This document shows, piece by piece, positions 19,890 to 29,081 of a stretch of DNA of 64,000 nt (positions are counted from its first letter, which is position 1; each line of letters begins with the position of its first letter). This DNA is from Candidatus Lustribacter sp. (GTDB taxonomy: Bacteria > Vulcanimicrobiota > Vulcanimicrobiia > Vulcanimicrobiales > Vulcanimicrobiaceae). Under the pieces are notes generated by a model. The model was not told the origin of the DNA and did not search any database. It was given only the letters and a program-made list of their open reading frames with translations. The position numbers and the translations under genes are program-made. Location: assembly GCA_965277805.1 (NCBI GenBank), contig OZ255842.1, forward strand, positions 4,480,001 through 4,544,000, in the 5' to 3' direction.

Positions 19890-20795
19890 CTACGCTGCCC
19901 CTCGTTTGCGATAAAGAGCTCGATCTGCTCTCTCGATCAGGGTATCCACGGTATCGCCGGCCACCATTGCAGCGAGTCCAAACGTGATGGAGCCCGGGTC
20001 TGATGCCGCGGCCAGGAGAGACGCATTGACCTCCGTGAGTCGCGCCGCCGCGTCGGCTTCTGTCATATCAGAAAGAGCACACACGAACTCATCCCCACCA
20101 TAACGGACGATCCGGTCGTAAAGCCGCAACTTTTCGCCAAGCATTCTAACGACGGAGCGTAATAATCGGTCTCCGGCGGCATGCCCGTGGACATCGTTGA
20201 TAGTTTTGAGTGAGTCAACGTCGATAAATGCTAAAACCAAAGCGGCGTTTGTCCGTCCTGCCCGTTCGATCTCGCGTTCTACCTCTATGAGTCCGGGTCC
20301 GCGAAGATATGCACCGGTAAGGCCATCCATGGCGGCGGAAGCACGTTCCTTTGCCGATACAATCCGCTGGGCTGCAGCTAGATCGCGCTCAACGGCCGAC
20401 TCGCCTCGCGCAAGCATGCTGGCATTGCGGTTTTGAGATGCGTGAGCACGATCATGCGACGCTTCCGCTCGCTCAATCTCGGCAGCAAAGCGGCTCTCGG
20501 ACGACCATTTTCGGTCGGCAGCTGCATGCGAACGCATGAATGCTTCAGGTGCGCTCTCGGTCGCGGACTCAGAGGCACGTGCCCGTGCGGTTGCGGCATC
20601 CCTATCATCTGCCGCCTGATCGCGGAGCTTTGCGGCTCGGTCGCGGCTAGCTGCGAGCGTGTCGCGGCTATCAGCCGCTCCATCACGCAAAGCGCTTTCG
20701 ATATCTCGGCGTTCACTTGACGCGTCGCGCTGGGCGGCGGCATCGTTGCGCTTGTCGACGCTGCCCTCGCTTTGATTTGAATCCTCCGTACTCAA
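19890..20795 (-). CDS. Cytoplasmic diguanylate cyclase with N-terminal RD-heptad coiled coil
   Basis: DGLTGA, FIDVDSLKTINDVHGHAAGD, I-site RLYD, intact GGDEF. Confidence 0.92.
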   Translation of the reverse strand: MSTEDSNQSEGSVDKRNDAAAQRDASSERRDIESALRDGAADSRDTLAASRDRAAKLRDQAADDRDAATARARASESATESAPEAFMRSHAAADRKWSSESRFAAEIERAEASHDRAHASQNRNASMLARGESAVERDLAAAQRIVSAKERASAAMDGLTGAYLRGPGLIEVEREIERAGRTNAALVLAFIDVDSLKTINDVHGHAAGDRLLRSVVRMLGEKLRLYDRIVRYGGDEFVCALSDMTEADAAARLTEVNASLLAAASDPGSITFGLAAMVAGDTVDTLIERADRALYRKRGAA

Positions 20796-20822
20796 ATGCT
20801 AGCCTTTCATTGAATCGTCAGA

Positions 20823-21101
20823 CTAAGCCGCGGGCAAACCTTGCAAAAAATATCGTAAGCGCGTGCGATGAGTCAGATCGCCAACGAGACGCCGAGCGCT
20901 TGTCGGCGCTAGCAATGTCGGGGTTATCAGAACGCGATACTCCCAGGCTCGGTCCGGGTCGTCGAAGACATTGACAATCTCTAGCGCAAACAGCCGGTCC
21001 GGCATCTCGACTATCGCAATTTTGATGTTTGCCATCGCAGCGCTCGAACGCAACCCCTCGTTGCCCACGAACAAGAGCAGTACGATTGTCTGTGCGTTCA
21101 C
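20823..21101 (-). CDS. kaiB: KaiB-like circadian clock protein
   Basis: LLLFVG...RSSAAMANI...LEIVNVFDDPDRA...VLITPTL...RRLVGDL; TTG start overlaps the kaiC stop (TTGA). Confidence 0.85.
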   Translation of the reverse strand: MNAQTIVLLLFVGNEGLRSSAAMANIKIAIVEMPDRLFALEIVNVFDDPDRAWEYRVLITPTLLAPTSARRLVGDLTHRTRLRYFLQGLPAA

Positions 21102-22828
21102 AACACGTCATCACCGTGGCGCAACGTATGGATCAAATCGGTCTCGCGCTCGTGGGCCGGACCACTTGCGGCCGTACGCCGAGCCAGGTCTGCCCGGTGC
21201 TCCTCCAATTCGTCGAGCCGCCGCTGCGCATCTCGAAGGGTACGCAAAAGCTCCTCGCCCTCGCGGTCGAGCGAGCTGCGCTCCTGTTCGAATGCAAGTG
21301 CTTCCGAGATCCGGCTGGCAGCATCAGATTGTTCACGCTCAACACGGGCAGTCCCGACAAGAACGTCGCCACCTGAGGAATAAACATCGGCCAAGTCAAT
21401 CCCGTCGCTCGAAAGCAACAGCTCGCGCATTTGATTCGAATGGGCGGTGCCGCGCGATTTAACGATCGTCAAGGTCCGATTGCGCTCGCCGCCACGATTG
21501 GCAAAGCTCAAATGGATCCATGTGTCCGCGATTGTCGATACGCGGGTCGGCGTAGATTCAAGGTCGCCCGCCGGGGGAGGCGCGACGGCAGTAAAGATTG
21601 CCGTGATATTACGTGATTTCATCAGAACGACCAGACGCTCCGTCGTGGCATCGGCGAGATCGCTACCACCAGCCTTAACCAAGGCCGAAATCGGATCGAT
21701 GACAACTCGAGTAGGCTCGTGTGTATCTAGCAGGCGTTCGATGGCCAGATAGTGGTCGTCAGCAATGATACTGCCGGCGGAAAACGACGCCGATACAAAC
21801 AATCCCGCGCTCATGTCATCTGCGACGTCTAATCCAACGGAGCGCACGTCGATCGTCACCTGGTTGGCCGGTTCGTCGAAACCGATGAAGAGGGCACGTT
21901 CTCCGTTACTGGTCCCAGCCTTAAGAAATGCCATACTGAGTGTTGTTTTCGATGTGCCTGGCAGTCCGGAAAGCAAGACCGTGGTACCTTGCCGGTAGCC
22001 GCCGAGCAGCATTCGATCGAGTCGCTCTACCCCGGTGGACAGGCGCCCCAACGGCGACTGAAAGATGGTGTTTGTACGCGTCGGCGTGTTCAAAACCCGA
22101 ATACCGAAGTGCGAGATGTTATATGCGTGCGACCCGCCGAGAAACGGTGCACCCCGCAATTTCATCACGGAAAGCGTGCGCCGTGAAAGTTCGCCGACCA
22201 GCGTTGTTTTAAGGCGGATGACCGCATCCGCGGCGTATTCGACGACGTCGAACCTTGGTGGGAGGCGCTGATCGCTCTCGTCCGCTTTCACCGTCAGTAG
22301 CGCCGTCAAGTTAGCTCCGGTCAGCCAATTGATCAGTCGAATGATTTCGCGTCGCCGGATCGACGGATTTTCCGAAATAGCGAACAGCGCATCGAGACCG
22401 TCGATTGCGATTCTCTTAATACCCTGCTTCGTGACGATCGATGAAGCGATCGATATGAGACCACTCAAATCGAACTCACCAGCTTCAACGGCGTCCTCCG
22501 AAAGCCGGCCGTCCAATAATTGGACGCCGTTTCCGAGTACGTCCGCAAGCGGCCAGGATGCCGCGGGGTAGTTATGCTTGAGCGCGTCCGGCGATTCCTC
22601 AAAAGTAATCATGAGGCCAGGCTCGCCTAATGAAGCAGCGCCGTTAACCAGGTACTGCATTGCGAGGACCGTCTTACCGCTGCCCGGTTCGCCCACGATA
22701 ATGGTCGTGCGACCGGACGGAAAGCCGCCGCACAACACGGCGTCCAAGCCCTTAATCCCGCTCGCAGCAGTCGCTGATACTCCGCGTTCGGCGGCCCATT
22801 CGCTGCGGGAGGCGTCTTCATGCGGCAT
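21098..22828 (-). CDS. kaiC: KaiC double RecA-like domain ATPase/kinase with C-terminal coiled-coil extension
   Basis: CI: GEPGSGKT, TFEES, IAIDGLD, VMKLRG; CII: STGVERLDRML, GLPGTSKT, VVIDPIS, phosphosite VSTIADTW, IVKSRGTAHSNQMRE. Confidence 0.93.
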   Translation of the reverse strand: MPHEDASRSEWAAERGVSATAASGIKGLDAVLCGGFPSGRTTIIVGEPGSGKTVLAMQYLVNGAASLGEPGLMITFEESPDALKHNYPAASWPLADVLGNGVQLLDGRLSEDAVEAGEFDLSGLISIASSIVTKQGIKRIAIDGLDALFAISENPSIRRREIIRLINWLTGANLTALLTVKADESDQRLPPRFDVVEYAADAVIRLKTTLVGELSRRTLSVMKLRGAPFLGGSHAYNISHFGIRVLNTPTRTNTIFQSPLGRLSTGVERLDRMLLGGYRQGTTVLLSGLPGTSKTTLSMAFLKAGTSNGERALFIGFDEPANQVTIDVRSVGLDVADDMSAGLFVSASFSAGSIIADDHYLAIERLLDTHEPTRVVIDPISALVKAGGSDLADATTERLVVLMKSRNITAIFTAVAPPPAGDLESTPTRVSTIADTWIHLSFANRGGERNRTLTIVKSRGTAHSNQMRELLLSSDGIDLADVYSSGGDVLVGTARVEREQSDAASRISEALAFEQERSSLDREGEELLRTLRDAQRRLDELEEHRADLARRTAASGPAHERETDLIHTLRHGDDVL

Positions 22829-25460
22829 AAGTCACCCCCATGCGACGCAACATCTCTTCAAAAGACTCGGGGCGCGCAACCAAAAAGCCTTGACCGTAGC
22901 GGCAACCATGCTTTAGCAGCCACGCCGCTTGGGCTTCGGTCTCAATGCCCTCTGCGAGCGTAGCGAACCCAAAACGATCAGTGATTCGCAGCAACATTTC
23001 GGCGACCGCAGTATCACGTTCGTCGTCCGGTAAACCGGTAATAAACGATCGATCGATTTTGATCACGTCAACTCGCAAGTCTTTCAGATACGAAAGGGAC
23101 GAATAGCCCGTTCCGAAGTCATCAATGGCGACCTTGATTCCCCATTTACGAAACAGATCGATCGTGCTCATCGAACGTTCTACGTTCTCCATTGCAGCCG
23201 TCTCCGTGACCTCGATCCCAAGGTGATCCACGAGCTTGCCGTCGCCGCGAATCGCCTCGTTCAACTCCGCGATGAAGGCGACATCGTCAAGCATTTGGGC
23301 TGCGACATTGAAATAAATCCGGGCGCCGGGCGGCAGTGAAAGAGCGCTCGAGACGTCATGCACAACCCGCCGAAAGACCCAGCGAGTAACCGCGGCAATC
23401 AAACCATTGCGCTCAGCGAAGTCGATGAATTCCGAGGGCGGCAACCGGCCACGCTCTGGATGGTCCCATCTGACAAGGGCTTCGGCGCCGATGATCGCCC
23501 GCGTCGTCAGATCAAACGTCGGCTGATATTCAAGTAGAAGCTGGTCTTGGGATATAGCATTGCTCAACTCGACCACGCGCAAGTGAGCTTCCTCGAATAT
23601 TTCTTCCATGTGAGCATCGAACATCATCGCGCTCGAACCGCCACGGTCTTTCGCAACCGTGAGCGCGACATCTGCCTTTCGCATCAGGTCCTCGGCACTC
23701 GCACCATCTCGTGGATAGCATGCTCCGCCGAAGGAGGCACCGATCGATAGAAGTTGTGTTCCGTCGCGGTCGCCGGTATGAAAGGGGGCATGAAAGAGGT
23801 CACCGTAGCGCTGAAGTTCGGCCGTCTGACTAGCAAGTTGACTAGCGCGAATCAGCAGCCCGAATTCATCAGCACTCATTCGTGCCACCAAATCGAGTGA
23901 AGAAACGGACGTGAGTGCCGCTGACACCTCAACGAGGACCTCGTCCCCTATCTGATGCCCATGACGTTCATTGATGCGCCGGAACTCGTCGACGTCGACA
24001 AATGCTAGCGTGAACGCTCTGCCCGTTCGAATCTCATCGCGCACAGCTTTGCGGAATTGAACTCGATTCTCGAGTCCGGTGAGAGCGTCGTGTTCGATTT
24101 GAAACTGAATGCGTTCGAATTGCTGCTGCTGCTTAAAACTGCTTGCAAAGAATGAAGCGACGACATCCACATACGCAAGGTCGTCATTTACGAATGGCTC
24201 GTCAAGCATCTTTTCAGGAGACGCAAAGCCGAGGAAATACGTTACTCGACCAATATTAACCGGCGTCCCAATGAAGCTACGCAAGTCAAGAGCGTCGGAA
24301 AGCCGCCCGCTGTCGTCTACTAAGCTCAAATCATTCCATGCCGTCGTGTGCCCTGCGACGAAGAGGCTGTTCTGGAGCATGAAGGCGCGCGGAAACCGCG
24401 CGCCGGCATGGACTGTCGTCGCGAAGCCGCCCGGATCGGCCTCAGATCCGCGCCACGACGTCGCGTCGAAGACGATTTCCTCGCCGTCGAGATGACTCAG
24501 GGTCCCGAACATGCACATCCCAGGTCGCATGGCGGCCGTCGCGATGCCTAAAATCGTTTCGTACTGATCTCCATCGGGCCGCGCTACGTACGAGGCGATC
24601 TCCCACACAGCGCGGATCCGACCCGCGCGTTTGGAGGACTCGTCCTCAACCGCGCTGAGCCGGTATCGCGACATTACAAGCGTTCGTAGCGACGCAACGA
24701 GAACAAACGCGCCGCCGAGCAGCATTAGGGCGCGGCTGGCATAAAAGGCGTCGCTGAAACGCACGGTTAGCGGAGCCAGAAGCGTATCGAGCAAGAGAGC
24801 CGTTAGCGACAGTGTTAGCGCTCGATCGATGATATTCGGCGTTCGCGCAGTAAACGTGCGGATGGCCACCACCGCCAAAAATGCCGCCACCACCGGACCG
24901 ACTTTGCTGCTCGCGACACCGGCCAGCGACGGTTCGCTCACGAGTGGTACCAGCGCGCCTAAGATAAGCGCGGCTAGAACACCAAGTGCGAAGAGAAATG
25001 CGGCGAAAAGGCTGGAGTATATCTGAAAGCGTCGCGTCGGACGGACGTCTTTCTCCACATCACGAGTGAGGATATAAAACAGGGCACCGATACCAGCTGT
25101 GAAGTGCCAGATAATGATGATCCAAACGCCGGTTTGCTGTGGCGACCAGAAGATCGGCGGCGCCGAAGGTAGCAGGGCCGAAACGAACAGCATGATGGTC
25201 ATGAGGCCGGCGTTGACTGCGAACGCAAGGGCCAACACGAATATTGCACGACGTTCCGCCGAATGGCGCCACGTGGCGAAGAGCACAAGTGCCGTAGCGG
25301 CGTAGCCGAGGGCCGTCGCGAACGAGATGACCGGACCGATTGGGGCCAACCGTAGATTCATTGAAGCTGGGAAGTGCGCCATCGCGCCGACGACGGCTGC
25401 GATTCCATACACTAGGACAAGCCCGGGGCCAATTTGGACCAGCCGGCGGGGCAAAGTCAC
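22818..25460 (-). CDS. MASE4-like membrane sensor - GAF - GGDEF (degenerate) - EAL protein
   Basis: Multi-TM N-terminus with QQTGVWIIIIWH; HDALTGLENR; SADEF; EALVRW, DDFGTGYSSL, IKIDRSF, AEGIE. Confidence 0.88.
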   Translation of the reverse strand: MTLPRRLVQIGPGLVLVYGIAAVVGAMAHFPASMNLRLAPIGPVISFATALGYAATALVLFATWRHSAERRAIFVLALAFAVNAGLMTIMLFVSALLPSAPPIFWSPQQTGVWIIIIWHFTAGIGALFYILTRDVEKDVRPTRRFQIYSSLFAAFLFALGVLAALILGALVPLVSEPSLAGVASSKVGPVVAAFLAVVAIRTFTARTPNIIDRALTLSLTALLLDTLLAPLTVRFSDAFYASRALMLLGGAFVLVASLRTLVMSRYRLSAVEDESSKRAGRIRAVWEIASYVARPDGDQYETILGIATAAMRPGMCMFGTLSHLDGEEIVFDATSWRGSEADPGGFATTVHAGARFPRAFMLQNSLFVAGHTTAWNDLSLVDDSGRLSDALDLRSFIGTPVNIGRVTYFLGFASPEKMLDEPFVNDDLAYVDVVASFFASSFKQQQQFERIQFQIEHDALTGLENRVQFRKAVRDEIRTGRAFTLAFVDVDEFRRINERHGHQIGDEVLVEVSAALTSVSSLDLVARMSADEFGLLIRASQLASQTAELQRYGDLFHAPFHTGDRDGTQLLSIGASFGGACYPRDGASAEDLMRKADVALTVAKDRGGSSAMMFDAHMEEIFEEAHLRVVELSNAISQDQLLLEYQPTFDLTTRAIIGAEALVRWDHPERGRLPPSEFIDFAERNGLIAAVTRWVFRRVVHDVSSALSLPPGARIYFNVAAQMLDDVAFIAELNEAIRGDGKLVDHLGIEVTETAAMENVERSMSTIDLFRKWGIKVAIDDFGTGYSSLSYLKDLRVDVIKIDRSFITGLPDDERDTAVAEMLLRITDRFGFATLAEGIETEAQAAWLLKHGCRYGQGFLVARPESFEEMLRRMGVTYAA

Positions 25461-26254
25461 GCAACGACTTTCAGGACGAGCGCAGCGACATCGTCGTGGA
25501 GCTGACGCGATGCGAACTCGTAGGCATAATCGACGATCGCCTCCGCCTGGCGCTCGGCGCTGCGTGCCGCATGTCTCTGCAGTATCTCGATGACCGCGTC
25601 CGCACCTAAGAATCTGCGCTGTTCGTCGCGCGCCTCCGAAAAACCGTCGGTAAATGCCGCAATCGCATCGCCGGGCCGTATTGCGATCGTGCCTTGATCG
25701 AACCCGGCGTCGCTATCCATCAGCCCTATGATCGGGCCGGTCGCCGGAAGTTGCTGTGCACCCAAGGGTGCAAAGAGATATGCCGCTTCGTGACCTGCTG
25801 AAACGTAGTTCAGACTTCGCCGATCGGGTGGTATGATCGCAAAGAAGAGCGTTGCGAAGAACTCTTCGTCACCCTCGAAATCGCTATTCTCAATACAAAG
25901 TCGATTTAGCGCCTGGACGCAACCGCGCGCATCGAGACCAAGTGATGCGTAGCCGCGCAGCGCGTGTTTGGCAAGTCCGGCATTACGTGCCGCTGGAATG
26001 CCATGCCCCGTGATGTCCACGACGGAGAGTGCGGTTGAACCGCCTCCGAAAAAAAAGACGTCGACGACATCGCCCCCGTAGTGGAAGTCGCCCACGGCAC
26101 CGCGATACGCGCGTCCAACGTCAAGACCGGGCAGCTGGCGGACGCTCGGCCGGTAGAGCGCCTCCACAATACGTCGCATTTCACCCTGCAAATGGCTTTC
26201 GGCCACGGGCTCATCGGCCGATTCTCCAGTGAGGCGACGCGCCTGGAAGCTCAT
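25457..26254 (-). CDS. Stand-alone SpoIIE/RsbU-like PP2C Ser/Thr phosphatase
   Basis: GGDVVD, VVDITGHG, FFATLF, SAGHE, FTDGFSEARD, DDVAALVL; ATG 26254 overlaps the crp-like gene stop (ATGA). Confidence 0.9.
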   Translation of the reverse strand: MSFQARRLTGESADEPVAESHLQGEMRRIVEALYRPSVRQLPGLDVGRAYRGAVGDFHYGGDVVDVFFFGGGSTALSVVDITGHGIPAARNAGLAKHALRGYASLGLDARGCVQALNRLCIENSDFEGDEEFFATLFFAIIPPDRRSLNYVSAGHEAAYLFAPLGAQQLPATGPIIGLMDSDAGFDQGTIAIRPGDAIAAFTDGFSEARDEQRRFLGADAVIEILQRHAARSAERQAEAIVDYAYEFASRQLHDDVAALVLKVVA

Positions 26255-26985
26255 TCCCGTATAGACATTTCGAATGCCATCATGCAGGCTTGATAGCATT
26301 CGCATGCGGTGACGCGTAGGAGTTCTAGGTCAAGTATCGTGACGATCCCGCGAGAATACGAGATCGCTCCAGCGCGTTGAACGGCCTCCGTCGCTTCAGA
26401 AACACTTGACCGTGGAACGGCGAGCATGATCGCAAGGAATTCGTCGCTAAGCTTGAACGTCGGCTCGTCAACTCGGTCTGCAGTCATCGCGAGCCATCGC
26501 GCACATCGCTGAGTCACCGAGTGCTTCGCGTTGCACGCCGCGTATTGCTGCGCGCTGAAAAGCGCCGCGCGAACACTCAAATGCATACGCCGCGCGAATA
26601 CCGCGCTGCTTGCCATTCGAGATGCGAATCGTTCGATAGACATTCGCCCGACGGAGCCGCGAACCTGACAAAACGAAGAGCGCTGCGCGCGGGCCGAAGC
26701 GATAACAGCGTCGTACTCAACGAAACCTTCTCTTCCGACGGTCCCAACTTCAATGCTTTCGCCACCCTTGAGCGTGGCCACAACCGACAGCACGGCATTG
26801 ATGGGAAAGTCAACAAAGTCTAGAACGTCATCGGCGGCATGCGTATGCCGATGGGCCTCTAGTGTCACAATCGTAAGATCGGCAAGCAAATCGACGCGAT
26901 CGTTATACGGTAACGCGTCGAGCAGGCGATTTCCGCTGCGAATATTGCCCGCGGCGTCAGGGGATATGGTGGAACCGCGAGGCAC
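26251..26985 (-). CDS. Crp/Fnr-family transcriptional regulator
   Basis: NRLLDALP, EVGTVGREG, ACNAKHSVTQRCARWL, EFLAIMLAVPRSSVS, ACECY. Confidence 0.9.
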   Translation of the reverse strand: MPRGSTISPDAAGNIRSGNRLLDALPYNDRVDLLADLTIVTLEAHRHTHAADDVLDFVDFPINAVLSVVATLKGGESIEVGTVGREGFVEYDAVIASARAQRSSFCQVRGSVGRMSIERFASRMASSAVFARRMHLSVRAALFSAQQYAACNAKHSVTQRCARWLAMTADRVDEPTFKLSDEFLAIMLAVPRSSVSEATEAVQRAGAISYSRGIVTILDLELLRVTACECYQACMMAFEMSIRE

Positions 26986-27192
26986 GGCAGTCCGATCGTC
27001 GAGATCGCAGTTCAGCCGGGTTGGCTCGACTACGTCCTCACGCTAAGATTATAGCATACCGTGCGTACTCTAGCGTACGCCTGTTAGCGGGTGTCCAAAT
27101 GATCAGTTTGCGCGTTTGCCTTACTAGGCAACGGCTAACCCCCCGTGGCCTCACGGGGCTCCATCGCATCATCGGAGAACGACTCGAGCGCG

Positions 27193-28173
27193 ATGAGCGT
27201 ACTCGTTACGGGAACTGCCGGCCACCTTGGCGAGGCACTCATGCGTACATTTCGAGCCCGAGGCGAAGCGGCGTTGGGCGTCGATATTCTGAGGTCACCG
27301 TTCACCGATCGTGTCGGCAGTATTTGCGATCGTGAATTCATCCGTGATTGTATGCGCGGTGCGCGCGCGGTTTTGCATACCGCAACGCTGCACAAGCCGC
27401 ACGTCGCGACGCACAGTAAACGTGACTTCGTCGACACGAACGTCACCGGGACGCTCGTCCTCCTCGAGGAAGCCGTCGCGGCCGGTGTCGAGGCCTTCGT
27501 CTATACGAGCACGACGAGCGCGTTCGGAGGAGCGCTCACCGGAGACGGCATCGATGCCGCTTGGATCACCGAAGACGTGCGGCCGATTCCGAAAAATATC
27601 TACGGCGTGACCAAAGTGGCGGCGGAGGATCTCTGCGAGCTGGTGCACCTCGAGCGCCGGTTGCCGGTCATCGTCTTGCGGACGGCGCGATTCTTTCCCG
27701 AAGAAGACGATAACGCAGAGACACGCGCGACGTATACTCTGGCGAACGCGCAGGGGAACGAGATGTCCTATCGGCGCGTCGATATCGCCGACGTCGTGGC
27801 CGCGCACGAGCTGGCGCTCGAAAAAGCGGTGCGACTCGGATTCGGGCGCTACATCATTTCCGCCACGACGCCGTTCGCGCATAGCGACCTGCCCGAGTTG
27901 GGCCGTAATGCGCCGGCCGTTCTGCACTGGCTTTTTCCGACGTCCAAGGACCTTTACGCAGCAAAGGGTTGGACGTTCTTCCCGCGTCTCGACCGCGTGT
28001 ATGTGAACCGAGCCGCCGTTACCGACTTGGAATGGCAGCCGCAGTATGATTTTAAGCACGTCCTCGCATGCCTCGCTGCGGGGACCGATTTTCGCAGTCC
28101 ATTGGCCCTCGAAGTCGGCAGCAAGGGCTATCACGATAGGAGCTTCGCTGAGGGTCCCTATCCGGTCGTCTAA
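27193..28173 (+). CDS. NAD-dependent epimerase/dehydratase (extended SDR)
   Basis: VLVTGTAGHLG, HTATLHKPH, YTSTTS, YGVTK. Confidence 0.9.
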   Translation: MSVLVTGTAGHLGEALMRTFRARGEAALGVDILRSPFTDRVGSICDREFIRDCMRGARAVLHTATLHKPHVATHSKRDFVDTNVTGTLVLLEEAVAAGVEAFVYTSTTSAFGGALTGDGIDAAWITEDVRPIPKNIYGVTKVAAEDLCELVHLERRLPVIVLRTARFFPEEDDNAETRATYTLANAQGNEMSYRRVDIADVVAAHELALEKAVRLGFGRYIISATTPFAHSDLPELGRNAPAVLHWLFPTSKDLYAAKGWTFFPRLDRVYVNRAAVTDLEWQPQYDFKHVLACLAAGTDFRSPLALEVGSKGYHDRSFAEGPYPVV

Positions 28174-28190
28174 CGCCTTACAACGGACAC

Positions 28191-29081
28191 TTAGGGTCGT
28201 GTTTCCGAAACAGTTATGGCCGCGCCGCGATATTCGCGTGCTGCCGCCGGGCGCGCCCCATGGCACGTCAGTTGAGCGGGCGATTGCGTCTCTGCAAGAA
28301 TCGTGACGTCCACATGACCGAACGGTGCTGAGAGACGCACGGTCGCAGTGTTTCCGTCCACCCGCTCCAAGGTCTCCACCGCAAACGCATCGACCGTGTC
28401 GATAGACAACATCTCGTGAGCGTAAACGATTGCGGCTTGTGCGATGGACGGAAGGCCGATACGCCCACGTTGATGCGCCATGAGAAGTCGCCCGTCATCG
28501 GCGCAATCGGCCAGGGCCGACGCTGCCGACGCGGGGACGCGCCCGTACAAAACACCGGATGGCAAAACGAGCACATTCGCCGCAAAACGGTCGCCGCCCA
28601 GGTGCGTTGTTTCCCAAGCCCGGCCCGGCCGAGCACGATCGAGCGCCTCGACGAGGGGCCGGCCGCGCAGAGCGCAGCACGGATCATGCCGCCCGTGCGT
28701 GCATACCAAGAACAGCGGTGCCGTATCAATCGTTGACGGTGGTCTCAGCGGGAAGCCTGCCTCAAGTTCGGCAGCGAAATACGCTAGGTCGTCGGTGCGC
28801 CACCATTGGACCTTCCCCTCATCGGCGATCCCGACGTGATAGCCGCCGTCCGGCATACCGTGCCCGTGCTCGCCGGGCCGCCGAATGGCTTGCAGTCGCA
28901 TGCCCGCACGCGCCCCCGCGATATCGAGGCGCCTCGCAACGGCCGGGTCGCATCGGCTCTCGAGTAAACCACGCGGTCCCCAAGGGCCGGGCTGATGGAT
29001 CAGCAATACGCGTGATTGAGGCGGCGCGGTGCCGATCATCGAGTCTCCCCGCGCATCCGCCTCTGCTGAACAAAGGATCAC
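28191..29081 (-). CDS. Sucrase/ferredoxin-like protein (thioredoxin-like 2Fe-2S)
   Basis: LLIHQPGPWG, LVCTHGRHDPCCALRG, WETTHLGGDRFAANVLVLPSG.LYGRV; GTG 29081 overlaps the JmjC gene stop (GTGA). Confidence 0.85.
   Translation of the reverse strand: MILCSAEADARGDSMIGTAPPQSRVLLIHQPGPWGPRGLLESRCDPAVARRLDIAGARAGMRLQAIRRPGEHGHGMPDGGYHVGIADEGKVQWWRTDDLAYFAAELEAGFPLRPPSTIDTAPLFLVCTHGRHDPCCALRGRPLVEALDRARPGRAWETTHLGGDRFAANVLVLPSGVLYGRVPASAASALADCADDGRLLMAHQRGRIGLPSIAQAAIVYAHEMLSIDTVDAFAVETLERVDGNTATVRLSAPFGHVDVTILAETQSPAQLTCHGARPAAAREYRGAAITVSETRP

Noticed and set aside
27295-28266. 323-aa minus-strand ORF
   Set aside because: Antisense shadow of the epimerase gene with no recognisable motifs
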